Source: Clostridia bacterium
Lineage (GTDB): Bacteria > Bacillota > Clostridia > Christensenellales > UBA1242
Direction: 5' to 3'
DNA: 24,000 nucleotides
Assembly (NCBI GenBank): GCA_017452445.1
Contig: JAFTMH010000005.1
Location: forward strand, 15,351-39,350
The notes below the pieces were generated by a model, which saw only the letters and a list, made by a program, of their open reading frames with translations, did no database searches and was not told the DNA's origin. Below, in pieces: positions 14,524-24,000 of this stretch (position 1 is its first letter; the number at the start of each line of letters is the position of its first letter). A program made the translations under genes and the position numbers.

Positions 14524-14558
14524 AATATCGACACAAAAATCGTGTTGATATTTTTTTT
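14524..14558 (+). terminator. Rho-independent terminator after the 75-aa gene
   Basis: AATATCGACAC (14524-14534), loop AAAAATC, then GTGTTGATATT (14542-14552) with one G-T wobble, followed by a T-run to 14558. Confidence 0.75.
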
Positions 14559-14572
14559 GCTGTCATAAAAAC

Positions 14573-14601
14573 TTTACTTTTTTCTTATAAAATTTTATAC
14601 T
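14573..14601 (+). promoter_or_regulatory. SigA-type promoter for groES-groEL
   Basis: TTTACT (14573-14578), a 17-nt spacer, then TATACT (14596-14601), about 22 nt before the groES start. No CIRCE inverted repeat lies between the promoter and the start. Confidence 0.55.
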
Positions 14602-14623
14602 AATTATGCAAAAAGGAGCGAAA

Positions 14624-16533
<1,910 letters not shown>

Positions 16534-16542
16534 AATAAGAGA

Positions 16543-16572
16543 AAAGAAAGGGGCAATGCCTCTTCTTTTTTT
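16543..16572 (+). terminator. Rho-independent terminator after groEL
   Basis: AAGAAAGGGGC, loop AAT, then GCCTCTTCTT (with a G-T wobble), followed by T7 (16566-16572). Confidence 0.7.
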
Positions 16573-16598
16573 GCAAAAAATCGACATTTTTAATGTTA

Positions 16599-16628
16599 TT
16601 GACACTAGGTTTGTTTGTGTGTTATAAT
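16599..16628 (+). promoter_or_regulatory. Near-consensus SigA promoter for the 16666 gene
   Basis: TTGACA (16599-16604), an 18-nt spacer, then TGtTATAAT (16620-16628). Confidence 0.65.
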
Positions 16629-16665
16629 ATATAAGATTGATGTTGTCAATCTGGGAGGGGATAAT

Positions 16666-18054
16666 ATGAAAAGTCACGAAATAGAATCAGAAATCCAATT
16701 TTTGTTTGACTCTGTTGAATTTGGCTCTGATAGATATTATGATTTGAGCAAAGGGGCAGAATATGTTTGCGATCAAATTGTTGCAGACATTGACAAGCAA
16801 AACTTTTCAGATTTGAAAGTGCTCGTGCTTATGGTGATGAAATCATATTTGAAAGTAGGCCGCAGAGAAGAAATGAAACCTTTTGTATCTCGTTCTGCAA
16901 TCAAACTTACTGACACATATGGATTGTTGACAAAGTTTTTTGACGAATATGTGGAAAAGGGCGCTTCTTGCAAAACAAATGAAGAAGCAAACAAAATTTT
17001 GGCAAAAATTTACATTGCTGGCATGCAACAAATTTTTGGCGACGAAGTTTTGATGCTTGATGTGTTTGCTGGCAAGAAAAACGAATCATTGAAAAATGCA
17101 CTTACAACTGTGGCAAGAGCAGAAGGTTATACACTCAGCCCAAGGACAAAAAGATTGGCAAGTAGACCAGTAGCAACAAAAGCAGGACAAGTTGCTGACG
17201 GCAAATATCAAGACGCGTTGCTTAAAAAATATGAAGCATTTACTTTTGAATTTTTGAGAAGATTTGACCTTTTTGTTTCAGAAAAAATGGACAAAGCTGT
17301 TGCTGTTGAATTTTTGGAATTGATCAAATCAATTTCTCATATTATGGAAAGCAGAATGAGTGAAGCAACAAAACATTCTACAAAAGGTCAAGTTGCAATC
17401 GAAATGGCCAGAAAAGCAATCGAACATATTGACTGGCAACTTGAAACTACATATATTGTTGAAGAGGAAAGATTGCCATATTATCAACAAGTTCAAAATG
17501 CAATTTCAAGATACAAAAAAGGTCAACATTCTGAAAAAGACAAACAAACACTTGATTTGCTTATGGACAGAATTGGCGCAATGCATCAACTTCTTGCTTG
17601 GAAAGACGAAAACGGTTATAGAAGACCAGCAAACTTTTATGTGGTTTCTGCAGGCATGACAGCGCAACAAACAAAAAATGTTTTGAAGGCGCTTGAAACA
17701 ATTGGTTATGCAAAAACAGAAGCAGAAAGAGCAAGCATAAGAGAAACAAAAACTCTTCTTTCAATGAGTTTTGACACTTTGCATGTTGCAAGCACAACAC
17801 CGGTCGATGTTGAAAGGGCACTTGATATTTATCGTACAAAAATCGTTTCTGCTGATGGAAGACAAAGAGATTATGCAAGTCCAGAAGCGTATGCAAAATA
17901 TTGCGCGACAGTTGAAGAGTGGTTGAAAAAGTTTGACATTCCTCATTATGAAGAAGCAATCAGAGCAATTGGTTATGACATTGTTCAAGAAAGAGAACCT
18001 ATTGTTATTCCAGAAAAAGCTGTTGTTGCAACACAAGCATTTACAAAAAATTAA
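16666..18054 (+). CDS. Hypothetical 462-aa soluble, probably all-helical protein; no recognisable motif
   Basis: ATG 16666 follows GGGAGGGG (16653-16660); the track start 16615 lies inside the promoter. The frame is long and uninterrupted with neighbour-like codon usage, and it has its own promoter and terminator. No Walker, nuclease, HTH, TM or metal-binding motif is seen by eye. Confidence 0.8.
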   Translation: MKSHEIESEIQFLFDSVEFGSDRYYDLSKGAEYVCDQIVADIDKQNFSDLKVLVLMVMKSYLKVGRREEMKPFVSRSAIKLTDTYGLLTKFFDEYVEKGASCKTNEEANKILAKIYIAGMQQIFGDEVLMLDVFAGKKNESLKNALTTVARAEGYTLSPRTKRLASRPVATKAGQVADGKYQDALLKKYEAFTFEFLRRFDLFVSEKMDKAVAVEFLELIKSISHIMESRMSEATKHSTKGQVAIEMARKAIEHIDWQLETTYIVEEERLPYYQQVQNAISRYKKGQHSEKDKQTLDLLMDRIGAMHQLLAWKDENGYRRPANFYVVSAGMTAQQTKNVLKALETIGYAKTEAERASIRETKTLLSMSFDTLHVASTTPVDVERALDIYRTKIVSADGRQRDYASPEAYAKYCATVEEWLKKFDIPHYEEAIRAIGYDIVQEREPIVIPEKAVVATQAFTKN

Positions 18055-18057
18055 CAA

Positions 18058-18083
18058 AAAACAGGGGTTGTCCCTGTTTTTTT
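18058..18083 (+). terminator. Rho-independent terminator after the 462-aa gene
   Basis: ACAGGG (18061-18066), loop GTTGT, then CCCTGT (18072-18077) and T6. An A-run lies upstream. Confidence 0.85.
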
Positions 18084-18216
18084 GTTGAAATGTGAAGAAA
18101 TATGACAACTTTTTGCAAGTTTGGTGATTTTTTTATAATTATTTTCAAAAAAATAAAGGAATTTCAAGGACGAGTGGAGTATATTATAAGCAATTGACGA
18201 TTTTTTAGGAGATTGA

Positions 18217-19989
18217 ATGCAAAATAATGGATTTTCAGTCGAATGGTTGAGCGAACTTAAACGAAAAAATGACCTTGTGTCAATCGCATCAAACTATTTG
18301 AGACTTGAACAAAAAGGCAGCAGAACTTGGGCATGCTGTCCTTTTCATAATGAAAAAACACCATCTTTTTCGATAAGAAACGAAGATGGAATTTATCATT
18401 GTTTTGGTTGCAAAGAATCTGGCGATGTCATCAAGTTTGTGCAGAAAATGGAAAATTTGGATTTTATGGACGCAGTCAAAATGTTGGCCGAGAGAGTGGG
18501 TATGCAAATTCCAGAATTTCAAAATTCTGCAGCAATCAAAGAAGGGCAAAGGCAGAAAGAAAGGATTTTGAGTGTTTTGGATTATACATACAAACACTAT
18601 GTTGAAAATTTGTATAGCAACGAAGCAAAACCAGCGCAAGAATATATAAAGAAAAGAAAGTTTACAAGAAGAGAACTTGAAGATTTTAAGATTGGATATT
18701 CAAAAGGTTGGACAGACCTTGTGACTTATCTTAAAGGAAAAGGGTTTAAAGAACAGGAAATGATTGATGCCGGAGTTTGTGCAAAGAAAAACGATCGACT
18801 GTTTGATCCTTTGGCAAACCGATTGGTGTTTCCGATTTTCAACTCTTTTGGAGAGTGCATTGGCTTTAGTGCAAGAGCACTTGAAAAAACAGATTTTGCA
18901 AAATACAAAAACACAGCAGAAACTGCAGTTTTCAAAAAGAGAAGAGTTGTGTTTGGCATAAATTTGCTTAAAGCGCAAAAACAACAACAACTTTTGCAAA
19001 ACATAATTTTGGTTGAAGGTCAAATGGATGTTATTGCAATGCACAAGGGTGGTTTTAAATCAACTGTGGCTTGCATGGGGACAGCATTTACACAAGACCA
19101 TGTCGCCGAACTTAAAAAATATAGCACAAACATTGTTTTGTGTTTTGATGGAGATGGAGCAGGCACAAAAGCAACGCTTGCAGCAATTGAAATTTTGAGA
19201 TATGAAAATGTCAACTTGAGAGTTGTTGCCTTGCCAGATGGAAAAGATCCTGATGAAATTTTGAATTTGTTTGGCAAAGAAAAATTGCAAGAGATGATTG
19301 AAAATGCAAAACCTTATATGGAGTTTTTGATAGATCACTACCAAAGTAAGTTTGACATGAGCAGACCTGAAGAAAAAGGAAAATTTGTCAAAGTCGTTTT
19401 GGCAGAAATCAAAAAGCTTGGAAGTGAAACATTGTTTGAACCTTATTTGGAAAAGGTTAGAGACATCACAAAAATACCTTTGGATATTTTGAGAAGGGAC
19501 ATAAACTTAAAGCAAGAAGAAAAACAACCTGTTTTGCAAAAAGAACCTGCCAAAGAGGTAAAAATAGAAAAAGGTGATGAAAGGGCTGTCAAATATATTT
19601 TGGCGACACTTATGCACAAAAAAGATGTTGTTGATCAACGGATTAATTACAACAAATTGTTGATAGGATATGAAAAATATTTGCAAATTATCGAGCAAAA
19701 CCTGCCACTTTCTGCAATTTTTGATTTTGAAGGGGCAAACGAAGACGGATTTTTGATGGATATTGTAAATTTCAATTTTTCAACTTATCAAGGAGACGAA
19801 GAGAGATATTTTAGAGAATGCTTGTGGAAGGTTGCAGAACAACTTCTCAAAAAAGAACAAACAGAATTGAATGAAGAATATCGCAAATGCGAAGATTTGG
19901 ACAGAAGAAGTGAGATTGCAAGAAAACTTGGAAAACTTGCATTGCAACTCAAAAATAAAAGTTTGGAGGAATTTAATGTCAGAAGATAA
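18217..19989 (+). CDS. dnaG: DNA primase DnaG
   Basis: The CHC2 zinc finger is [13 protein letters not shown]...[22 protein letters not shown] motifs are [11 protein letters not shown] and [13 protein letters not shown], plus [11 protein letters not shown] is TAGGAGA (18206-18212). Confidence 0.95.
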   Translation: MQNNGFSVEWLSELKRKNDLVSIASNYLRLEQKGSRTWACCPFHNEKTPSFSIRNEDGIYHCFGCKESGDVIKFVQKMENLDFMDAVKMLAERVGMQIPEFQNSAAIKEGQRQKERILSVLDYTYKHYVENLYSNEAKPAQEYIKKRKFTRRELEDFKIGYSKGWTDLVTYLKGKGFKEQEMIDAGVCAKKNDRLFDPLANRLVFPIFNSFGECIGFSARALEKTDFAKYKNTAETAVFKKRRVVFGINLLKAQKQQQLLQNIILVEGQMDVIAMHKGGFKSTVACMGTAFTQDHVAELKKYSTNIVLCFDGDGAGTKATLAAIEILRYENVNLRVVALPDGKDPDEILNLFGKEKLQEMIENAKPYMEFLIDHYQSKFDMSRPEEKGKFVKVVLAEIKKLGSETLFEPYLEKVRDITKIPLDILRRDINLKQEEKQPVLQKEPAKEVKIEKGDERAVKYILATLMHKKDVVDQRINYNKLLIGYEKYLQIIEQNLPLSAIFDFEGANEDGFLMDIVNFNFSTYQGDEERYFRECLWKVAEQLLKKEQTELNEEYRKCEDLDRRSEIARKLGKLALQLKNKSLEEFNVRR

Positions 19990-21049
19990 AGAAAATGTAG
20001 CAAAAATCAAAGAAGTTCATGAAAAATTGCAAACACTTGCAATCAAAAAAGGATCAATCAATGAAGATGATATCTATTTTTGGCTTTTGAAGGTTGGTGA
20101 CAACGCAGCAAATGTGGACAAGTTTATTGATCACCTTAAAAAGAAAGGTATCAAAATCATCAAAACTAATGATGAAGATTTGTATAAAGACAATTTGTCA
20201 GATTTGGTTATGTCAGCAAGTGTTGACGACCCTGTAAAAATGTATCTCAAAGACATTGGAAAAGTCCCTCTTTTGTCAATAGAAGAAGAAAGAGAACTTG
20301 CAAAAAAAGTTATGCAAGGGGATCAACATGCAAAATCAGTTTTGTGTGAAGCAAACTTGAGATTGGTTGTCAGCGTTGCAAAGAAATATGTTGGAAAAAC
20401 ATCAATGTCTTTCCTTGATCTTATCCAAGAAGGAAATATGGGTCTTCTTAGAGCTGTTGACAAATTTGATTATACAAAAGGTTTCAAATTTTCAACTTAC
20501 GCAACATGGTGGATCAGACAAGCAATCACTCGTGCAATGGCTGACCAATCAAGAACAATCCGTATCCCAGTGCATATGGTTGAAACAATCAACAAATATG
20601 TAAAAGTTTCAAGAAGTTTGATGCAAAAATTGCAAAGAGAACCAACTATTGAAGAAATTGCAAAAGAAATGGATTTGTCTGTTGCAAAAGTTATGGAAAT
20701 TCAAAAAACTGCACAAGATCCAATTTCGCTCGAAACGCCAATGGGTGAAGAAGATGACGGCAAGATGGCAGATGTTATTGTTGACGAATCTGCAAGATCT
20801 CCAATTGAAAGTGCGACACAAACACTTCTTAGAGAACAACTTTTGGCCGTTATTGACACATTGACTCCAAGAGAACAAGAAGTTATCAGACAAAGATATG
20901 GTCTTTTGGATGGCAAGCAAAAAACTTTGGAAGAAGTTGGCCGTGAATTCCATGTAACAAGAGAAAGAATTAGACAAATCGAAGCAAAAGCTTTGAAAAA
21001 ACTTAAAAATCCAACCAGAAGCAAAAAATTGGTAGATTTTGTAGAATAA
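19976..21049 (+). CDS. rpoD: Primary RNA polymerase sigma factor (RpoD/SigA, 357 aa)
   Basis: Region 2 is [16 protein letters not shown]...[14 protein letters not shown]...[41 protein letters not shown]. Region 4.2 is [30 protein letters not shown] 19976 follows GGAGGA (19965-19970) inside the end of dnaG. The track start 19871 is an out-of-frame overlap extension. Confidence 0.95.
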   Translation: MSEDKENVAKIKEVHEKLQTLAIKKGSINEDDIYFWLLKVGDNAANVDKFIDHLKKKGIKIIKTNDEDLYKDNLSDLVMSASVDDPVKMYLKDIGKVPLLSIEEERELAKKVMQGDQHAKSVLCEANLRLVVSVAKKYVGKTSMSFLDLIQEGNMGLLRAVDKFDYTKGFKFSTYATWWIRQAITRAMADQSRTIRIPVHMVETINKYVKVSRSLMQKLQREPTIEEIAKEMDLSVAKVMEIQKTAQDPISLETPMGEEDDGKMADVIVDESARSPIESATQTLLREQLLAVIDTLTPREQEVIRQRYGLLDGKQKTLEEVGREFHVTRERIRQIEAKALKKLKNPTRSKKLVDFVE

Positions 21050-21086
21050 AAATTGGCACCAAAGAGTGCATTAAATGGAGAATGTA

Positions 21087-21788
21087 ATGAATATTGAAAA
21101 TTTGTTGAAATATCAAAAGCGTGATGAGGACTTGTTTAAGGTAGAACAAAAACTTGCAAACAGTGCATACAGAAGAAAAGCAGCCGAATTGACTGCAGTT
21201 GCAAAAAAGGCACAAGCGAAATCTACCGAACTTGAAAACCATGCAGAAAAATTGATTGTTGAAATTGGAGAAATTAAAGAAAAATACAATCTCACCAAGA
21301 AGAAAGCAGAAGGTATGGTTGCTGCAAACATTGAAAATATGACAATGGAAGAACTTGAAAAAACAAACGAATTGAAGCAAAAAATTATGCAAAATCTTGC
21401 AATTTTGGAAAAAATGCTTCAAAAAAGTGCAGAAACAATAAATCAAATTTTGTCAGAATTCAACAAAACAAAAAAAGCATATGATGAAGCAAGAAGCCAA
21501 TATGCAATTTGCAAACAAAAGATTGACGAAGAAACAAAAGAACTTGAGCCTGAAAAGGAAAAATTGAAAAAAGAGTTGCTTGCTTTGGAAAAAGATGTTG
21601 ATCCTGCGCTTATGGCTGAATATAAAAAGAGAAGAAATGACAACATTTTCCCTGTTGTTGTGCCATTGGAAAACGGAACTTTCTGTGGAAGATGCAGAAT
21701 GGAACAACCAAAAGTTGCAATTTCAAAACTTAAAGAAGCCGGCGTAATTGTCTGCGAACATTGCAAACGATTTATATATCAAAAATAA
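21087..21788 (+). CDS. COG1579/DUF164-type coiled-coil protein with a C-terminal C4 zinc ribbon
   Basis: About 190 aa of heptad-rich sequence are followed by FCGRCRMEQP...VCEHCKRFIY (CxxC...CxxC). The start is ATG 21087, 6 nt after GGAG (21077-21080), or ATG 21075. Confidence 0.8.
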   Translation: MNIENLLKYQKRDEDLFKVEQKLANSAYRRKAAELTAVAKKAQAKSTELENHAEKLIVEIGEIKEKYNLTKKKAEGMVAANIENMTMEELEKTNELKQKIMQNLAILEKMLQKSAETINQILSEFNKTKKAYDEARSQYAICKQKIDEETKELEPEKEKLKKELLALEKDVDPALMAEYKKRRNDNIFPVVVPLENGTFCGRCRMEQPKVAISKLKEAGVIVCEHCKRFIYQK

Positions 21789-21790
21789 CA

Positions 21791-21820
21791 AAAAGACGCT
21801 AAAAAAGCGTCTTTTTTTGT
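21791..21820. terminator. Bidirectional terminator between convergent genes; the hairpin overlaps the last codons of the desulfurase gene
   Basis: AAAAGACGC (21791-21799), loop TAAAAAA, then GCGTCTTTT (21807-21815), with the T-run continuing to 21819. On the minus strand the same hairpin is followed by TTTTGTTATTTTT. The minus-strand stop codon (21799-21801) sits at the stem/loop junction. Confidence 0.75.
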
Positions 21821-22947
21821 GTTTTTAGCATATGTTTGACTGCAAAAACAAGTCTTTCGATTTCTTGATAGGTGTTAAAGTAAGACATTGACACTCTGAC
21901 AGCGCCAGAAATTTGCGTGCCAAGGTGTTTGTGTTTGAGTGGGGCGCAGTGCAAACCACTTCTTGTGCAGATGTCAAAATGTTGATCTAAAAAGTTTGAA
22001 ACATCGGCAGAGGGGATGTTTGGAATGTTGAATGCAAACACACCACAAGAGTTTTCGTTTTTGGTGTAAATTTCTAGTGGCAGTTTTGAAAATTCGTAGT
22101 GCAAATAAGTTGTTAAATCTTCGATTTTTTCTTGAATATATTTCCAATTTTCTTCCACAAAGGTTACACCTTCGCCAAAACCTAAAATTGCAGGAGTGTT
22201 GAGAGTGCCAGCCTCTAGTTTTTCTGGCAAAGAGTTTGGCATTTCGAGAAGGTGTGAGTTTGAGCCTGTGCCACCAAAGCGAAAAGGTTGAATTTCAAAA
22301 TCTCCGTTGATTGCCAAACAGCCAACACCTTGAGGAGCATAAAACCCTTTGTGTGGAGCAAGTGCGAGTAGGTTTATATTTTGTTTTTGCATGTCATAGA
22401 AAAAGTGTCCACCACCTTGTGCTGCATCGACCAAAAACAAGATTTTTCTTTTTTGCAAATTTTGTCCAATTTCTTCAATATTTGCGACATCACCATTGAC
22501 ATTTGAAACATGATTGCAAACAACCAAATATGTTTTTTCGTTTATGTGTTTTTTTATGTCGTTCCAACAAATGGAATGTCCATCTTCAGGTTCGGCGACA
22601 CTTAAAGAAAAGTCTGGATCAATTGTTTGAAGTCGTTGCAAAGGTCTGAGCACAGAATTGTGTTCGTTGCAAGAGCAAACCACATGACCACCGATTTTGT
22701 GCGTGCCGAAGATTGCTATGTTGAGGGAGTCTGTGCAGTTTAGCGAAAAAGTGATTTTTTCTGGCAAGGTGTTGAGGTGGCGAGCGATGTGTTGTCTGAC
22801 TTCTTCAACTTGCATTGCCGTTTTTATTGCCTGTTTGTGCCCACTTCTGCCTGGGTTGGCTGAATATGTGCTCAATGCTGTCAAAACCGATTTTTGGACG
22901 GATTTTGGCTTTATTAAGGTAGATGCTGAATTGTCTAAATAAATCAT
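21799..22947 (-). CDS. Class-V aminotransferase-fold cysteine desulfurase family protein (SufS/Csd group-II-like active-site loop)
   Basis: The N-terminus is MIYLDNSASTL. The PLP-lysine context is ALAPHKGFYAPQGVGCL and the active-site Cys loop is TRSGLHCAPL (compare RxGHHCA in SufS-type enzymes). Length is 382 aa. Confidence 0.9.
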   Translation of the reverse strand: MIYLDNSASTLIKPKSVQKSVLTALSTYSANPGRSGHKQAIKTAMQVEEVRQHIARHLNTLPEKITFSLNCTDSLNIAIFGTHKIGGHVVCSCNEHNSVLRPLQRLQTIDPDFSLSVAEPEDGHSICWNDIKKHINEKTYLVVCNHVSNVNGDVANIEEIGQNLQKRKILFLVDAAQGGGHFFYDMQKQNINLLALAPHKGFYAPQGVGCLAINGDFEIQPFRFGGTGSNSHLLEMPNSLPEKLEAGTLNTPAILGFGEGVTFVEENWKYIQEKIEDLTTYLHYEFSKLPLEIYTKNENSCGVFAFNIPNIPSADVSNFLDQHFDICTRSGLHCAPLKHKHLGTQISGAVRVSMSYFNTYQEIERLVFAVKHMLKTQKKTLF

Positions 22948-23023
22948 TGTCCTTCTTCTTTCATTTTTTTGTTATATTTATAATATAATGAAATATGGGG
23001 AGATTTGTGCACAAGGAGATGAG

Positions 23024-23284
23024 ATGAGTTTTGTATTGGCTATCTTTCGATCTCGCTTTGCGACTTTGAGTTTTGCAAAAATGCTTAGAGAAAACAATGT
23101 CCCTGTGGCAGTCATAAACACGCCACACAAATTGGCAGAAAGTTGTGGACTTTCTGTTAAATTTGCGCAAGAATATTTTTTGCTTGCACAAAGGTTGCTC
23201 GCAAAAAGCAATTTAATGCGAAATTTTGCAGGTTTTTATGGGTTTGTGCAAAGAAATGGACTTTTTGAAGTTGTAAAAATGTGA
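23024..23284 (+). CDS. DUF3343-like small protein (putative Se/S carrier-like, 86 aa)
   Basis: ATG 23024 follows AAGGAGA (23013-23019); the track start 22988 is an extension. The pattern FVLAIFRS...A...AKMLRENNVPVAVINTPHKLAESCGLSVKF matches the DUF3343 hallmark: a small alpha/beta protein with P+.is.sCG.a+.f. It is divergent from a cysteine desulfurase, which is a typical neighbourhood. Confidence 0.65.
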   Translation: MSFVLAIFRSRFATLSFAKMLRENNVPVAVINTPHKLAESCGLSVKFAQEYFLLAQRLLAKSNLMRNFAGFYGFVQRNGLFEVVKM

Positions 23285-23320
23285 AAGAATAGTATTTTTA
23301 TTTTTTCATAAAATAGCAAT

Positions 23321-23854
23321 ATGAAGGCGTTTTTTGCGATTTTTTTTAGTTTTTTTGCGATTTTTTTAACAATTTTTTGCACGAATTGTTTTTACGGAAC
23401 ATTTTTTCCGACCAAATATCAAGAAGAGATTGATTTTTGTTGCAAAAAATATGATGTTGATCCAGCGATTGTTTTTTCTTTGATAAACATTGAAAGTCAT
23501 TTCAACAAAAATGCAATTTCTTCAAAGGGTGCTGTTGGTTTGATGCAGGTTATGCCAACAACTGCAAAAGGGATTTCAAAAGATGTAGGAAAACAAGAGT
23601 TTGATTTGTTTGACGCTCAAGACAACATAGAGTTTGGAGTTTGTTATTTTGCGCAACTTCAAGACAGATTTGGCGATTTGCACCTTGCGTTGTGTGCTTA
23701 CAATGCAGGGCCGACAAATGTTTCAAATTGGCTTAAAAATGAAAAATACAGCACGGACGGCAAGACGCTTTCAAATATACCTTTTTCGGAAACCGAAAAT
23801 TATTTGAAAAAGTTTGAAAGAAATTTTAGATATTATTCAGCAAAAATAAAATAA
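23321..23854 (+). CDS. Membrane-anchored lytic transglycosylase (SLT domain)
   Basis: The N-terminal TM segment is FFAIFFSFFAIFLTIF. The SLT catalytic block is LINIESHFNKNAISSKGAVGLMQVMPTTA, followed by LCAYNAGPTNV. There is no clear SD before ATG 23321. Confidence 0.9.
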   Translation: MKAFFAIFFSFFAIFLTIFCTNCFYGTFFPTKYQEEIDFCCKKYDVDPAIVFSLINIESHFNKNAISSKGAVGLMQVMPTTAKGISKDVGKQEFDLFDAQDNIEFGVCYFAQLQDRFGDLHLALCAYNAGPTNVSNWLKNEKYSTDGKTLSNIPFSETENYLKKFERNFRYYSAKIK

Positions 23855-23855
23855 A

Positions 23856-23887
23856 AAGAGATGACTATTTGCCGTCTCTTCTTTTTT
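23856..23887. terminator. Probable bidirectional terminator between the SLT gene and a convergent gene
   Basis: AAGAGATGAC (23856-23865), loop TATTT, then GCCGTCTCTT (23871-23880), with one wobble and one mismatch, followed by CTTTTTT. The minus strand has TTTTTATTTTATTTTT after the hairpin. Confidence 0.6.
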
Positions 23888-24000
23888 GGCAAGCATCTAA
23901 AAATGCTTGAATAAATTTGCGGTGGTTTTCATCTTCTTTATATAGCGACTCGGGATTGAATCTTGTCAGAAGAACAAATTTGTTTGCCATATCTACACTT
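23865..24000 (-). CDS. 3' end of a convergent gene, open to the window edge; alternatively a 41-aa ORF from ATG 23990. The C-terminus resembles a class-I glutamine amidotransferase (PdxT-like).
   Basis: My hand translation of the minus strand is SVDMANKFVLLTRFNPESLYKEDENHRKFIQAFLDACQKRRDGK, then TAG at 23867-23865. The frame is open up to position 24000. It resembles the ...FLGCSFHPELTEDHRV.QLF... tail of PdxT/GATase1 proteins, but with Asn where the His of HPE is expected. The fragment is too short for a firm call. Confidence 0.3.
   Translation of the reverse strand, partial: SVDMANKFVLLTRFNPESLYKEDENHRKFIQAFLDACQKRRDGK

Noticed and set aside
14524-14552. The 11-bp inverted repeat AATATCGACAC-N7-GTGTTGATATT upstream of groES considered as an alternative operator replacing CIRCE
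   Set aside because: It is followed directly by a T-run, sits just after the stop of the 75-aa gene, and lies upstream of the groES -35. It is therefore best explained as that gene's intrinsic terminator. An operator role cannot be excluded, but nothing supports it.

Overview
Low-GC, Bacillota-like chromosomal segment. It uses the standard genetic code: TGA is a stop at 14510-14512 and 23282-23284, and Trp is TGG. Genes are tightly packed, and most have readable SigA-type promoters (often an extended -10, TGnTATAAT) and hairpin plus T-run terminators. The content is mostly core housekeeping. In order: a Myb/SANT-like protein; rexB/addB and addA (1-nt TAATG overlap); a large membrane-anchored coiled-coil protein with an acidic region and four AT-hooks; a small membrane protein; a PflX-like radical SAM enzyme; and a CNNM/CorC (DUF21-CBS-CorC_HlyC) protein. 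Next comes an islet of three small orphan genes, then groES-groEL, a 462-aa orphan, dnaG-rpoD(sigA) with a 14-nt overlap, and a COG1579 zinc-ribbon coiled-coil protein. The window ends with a class-V cysteine desulfurase divergent from a DUF3343-like mini-protein, an SLT lytic transglycosylase, and the 3' end of a convergent gene at the right edge. I see no rRNA, tRNA, CRISPR array, transposase, integrase or terminal inverted repeats, and no reverse transcriptase or other hallmark of a known defence or mobile system. The most unusual object is the 7569-10007 gene, whose tail resembles HMGA/CarD; it reads as a candidate membrane-nucleoid tether. Secondary candidates are the orphan islet at 12.9-14.6 kb (including a possible SecB-like fold) and the 462-aa orphan between groEL and dnaG. 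I cannot demonstrate a multi-gene novel system from sequence alone. All functional calls come from motif recognition by eye, not from searches.
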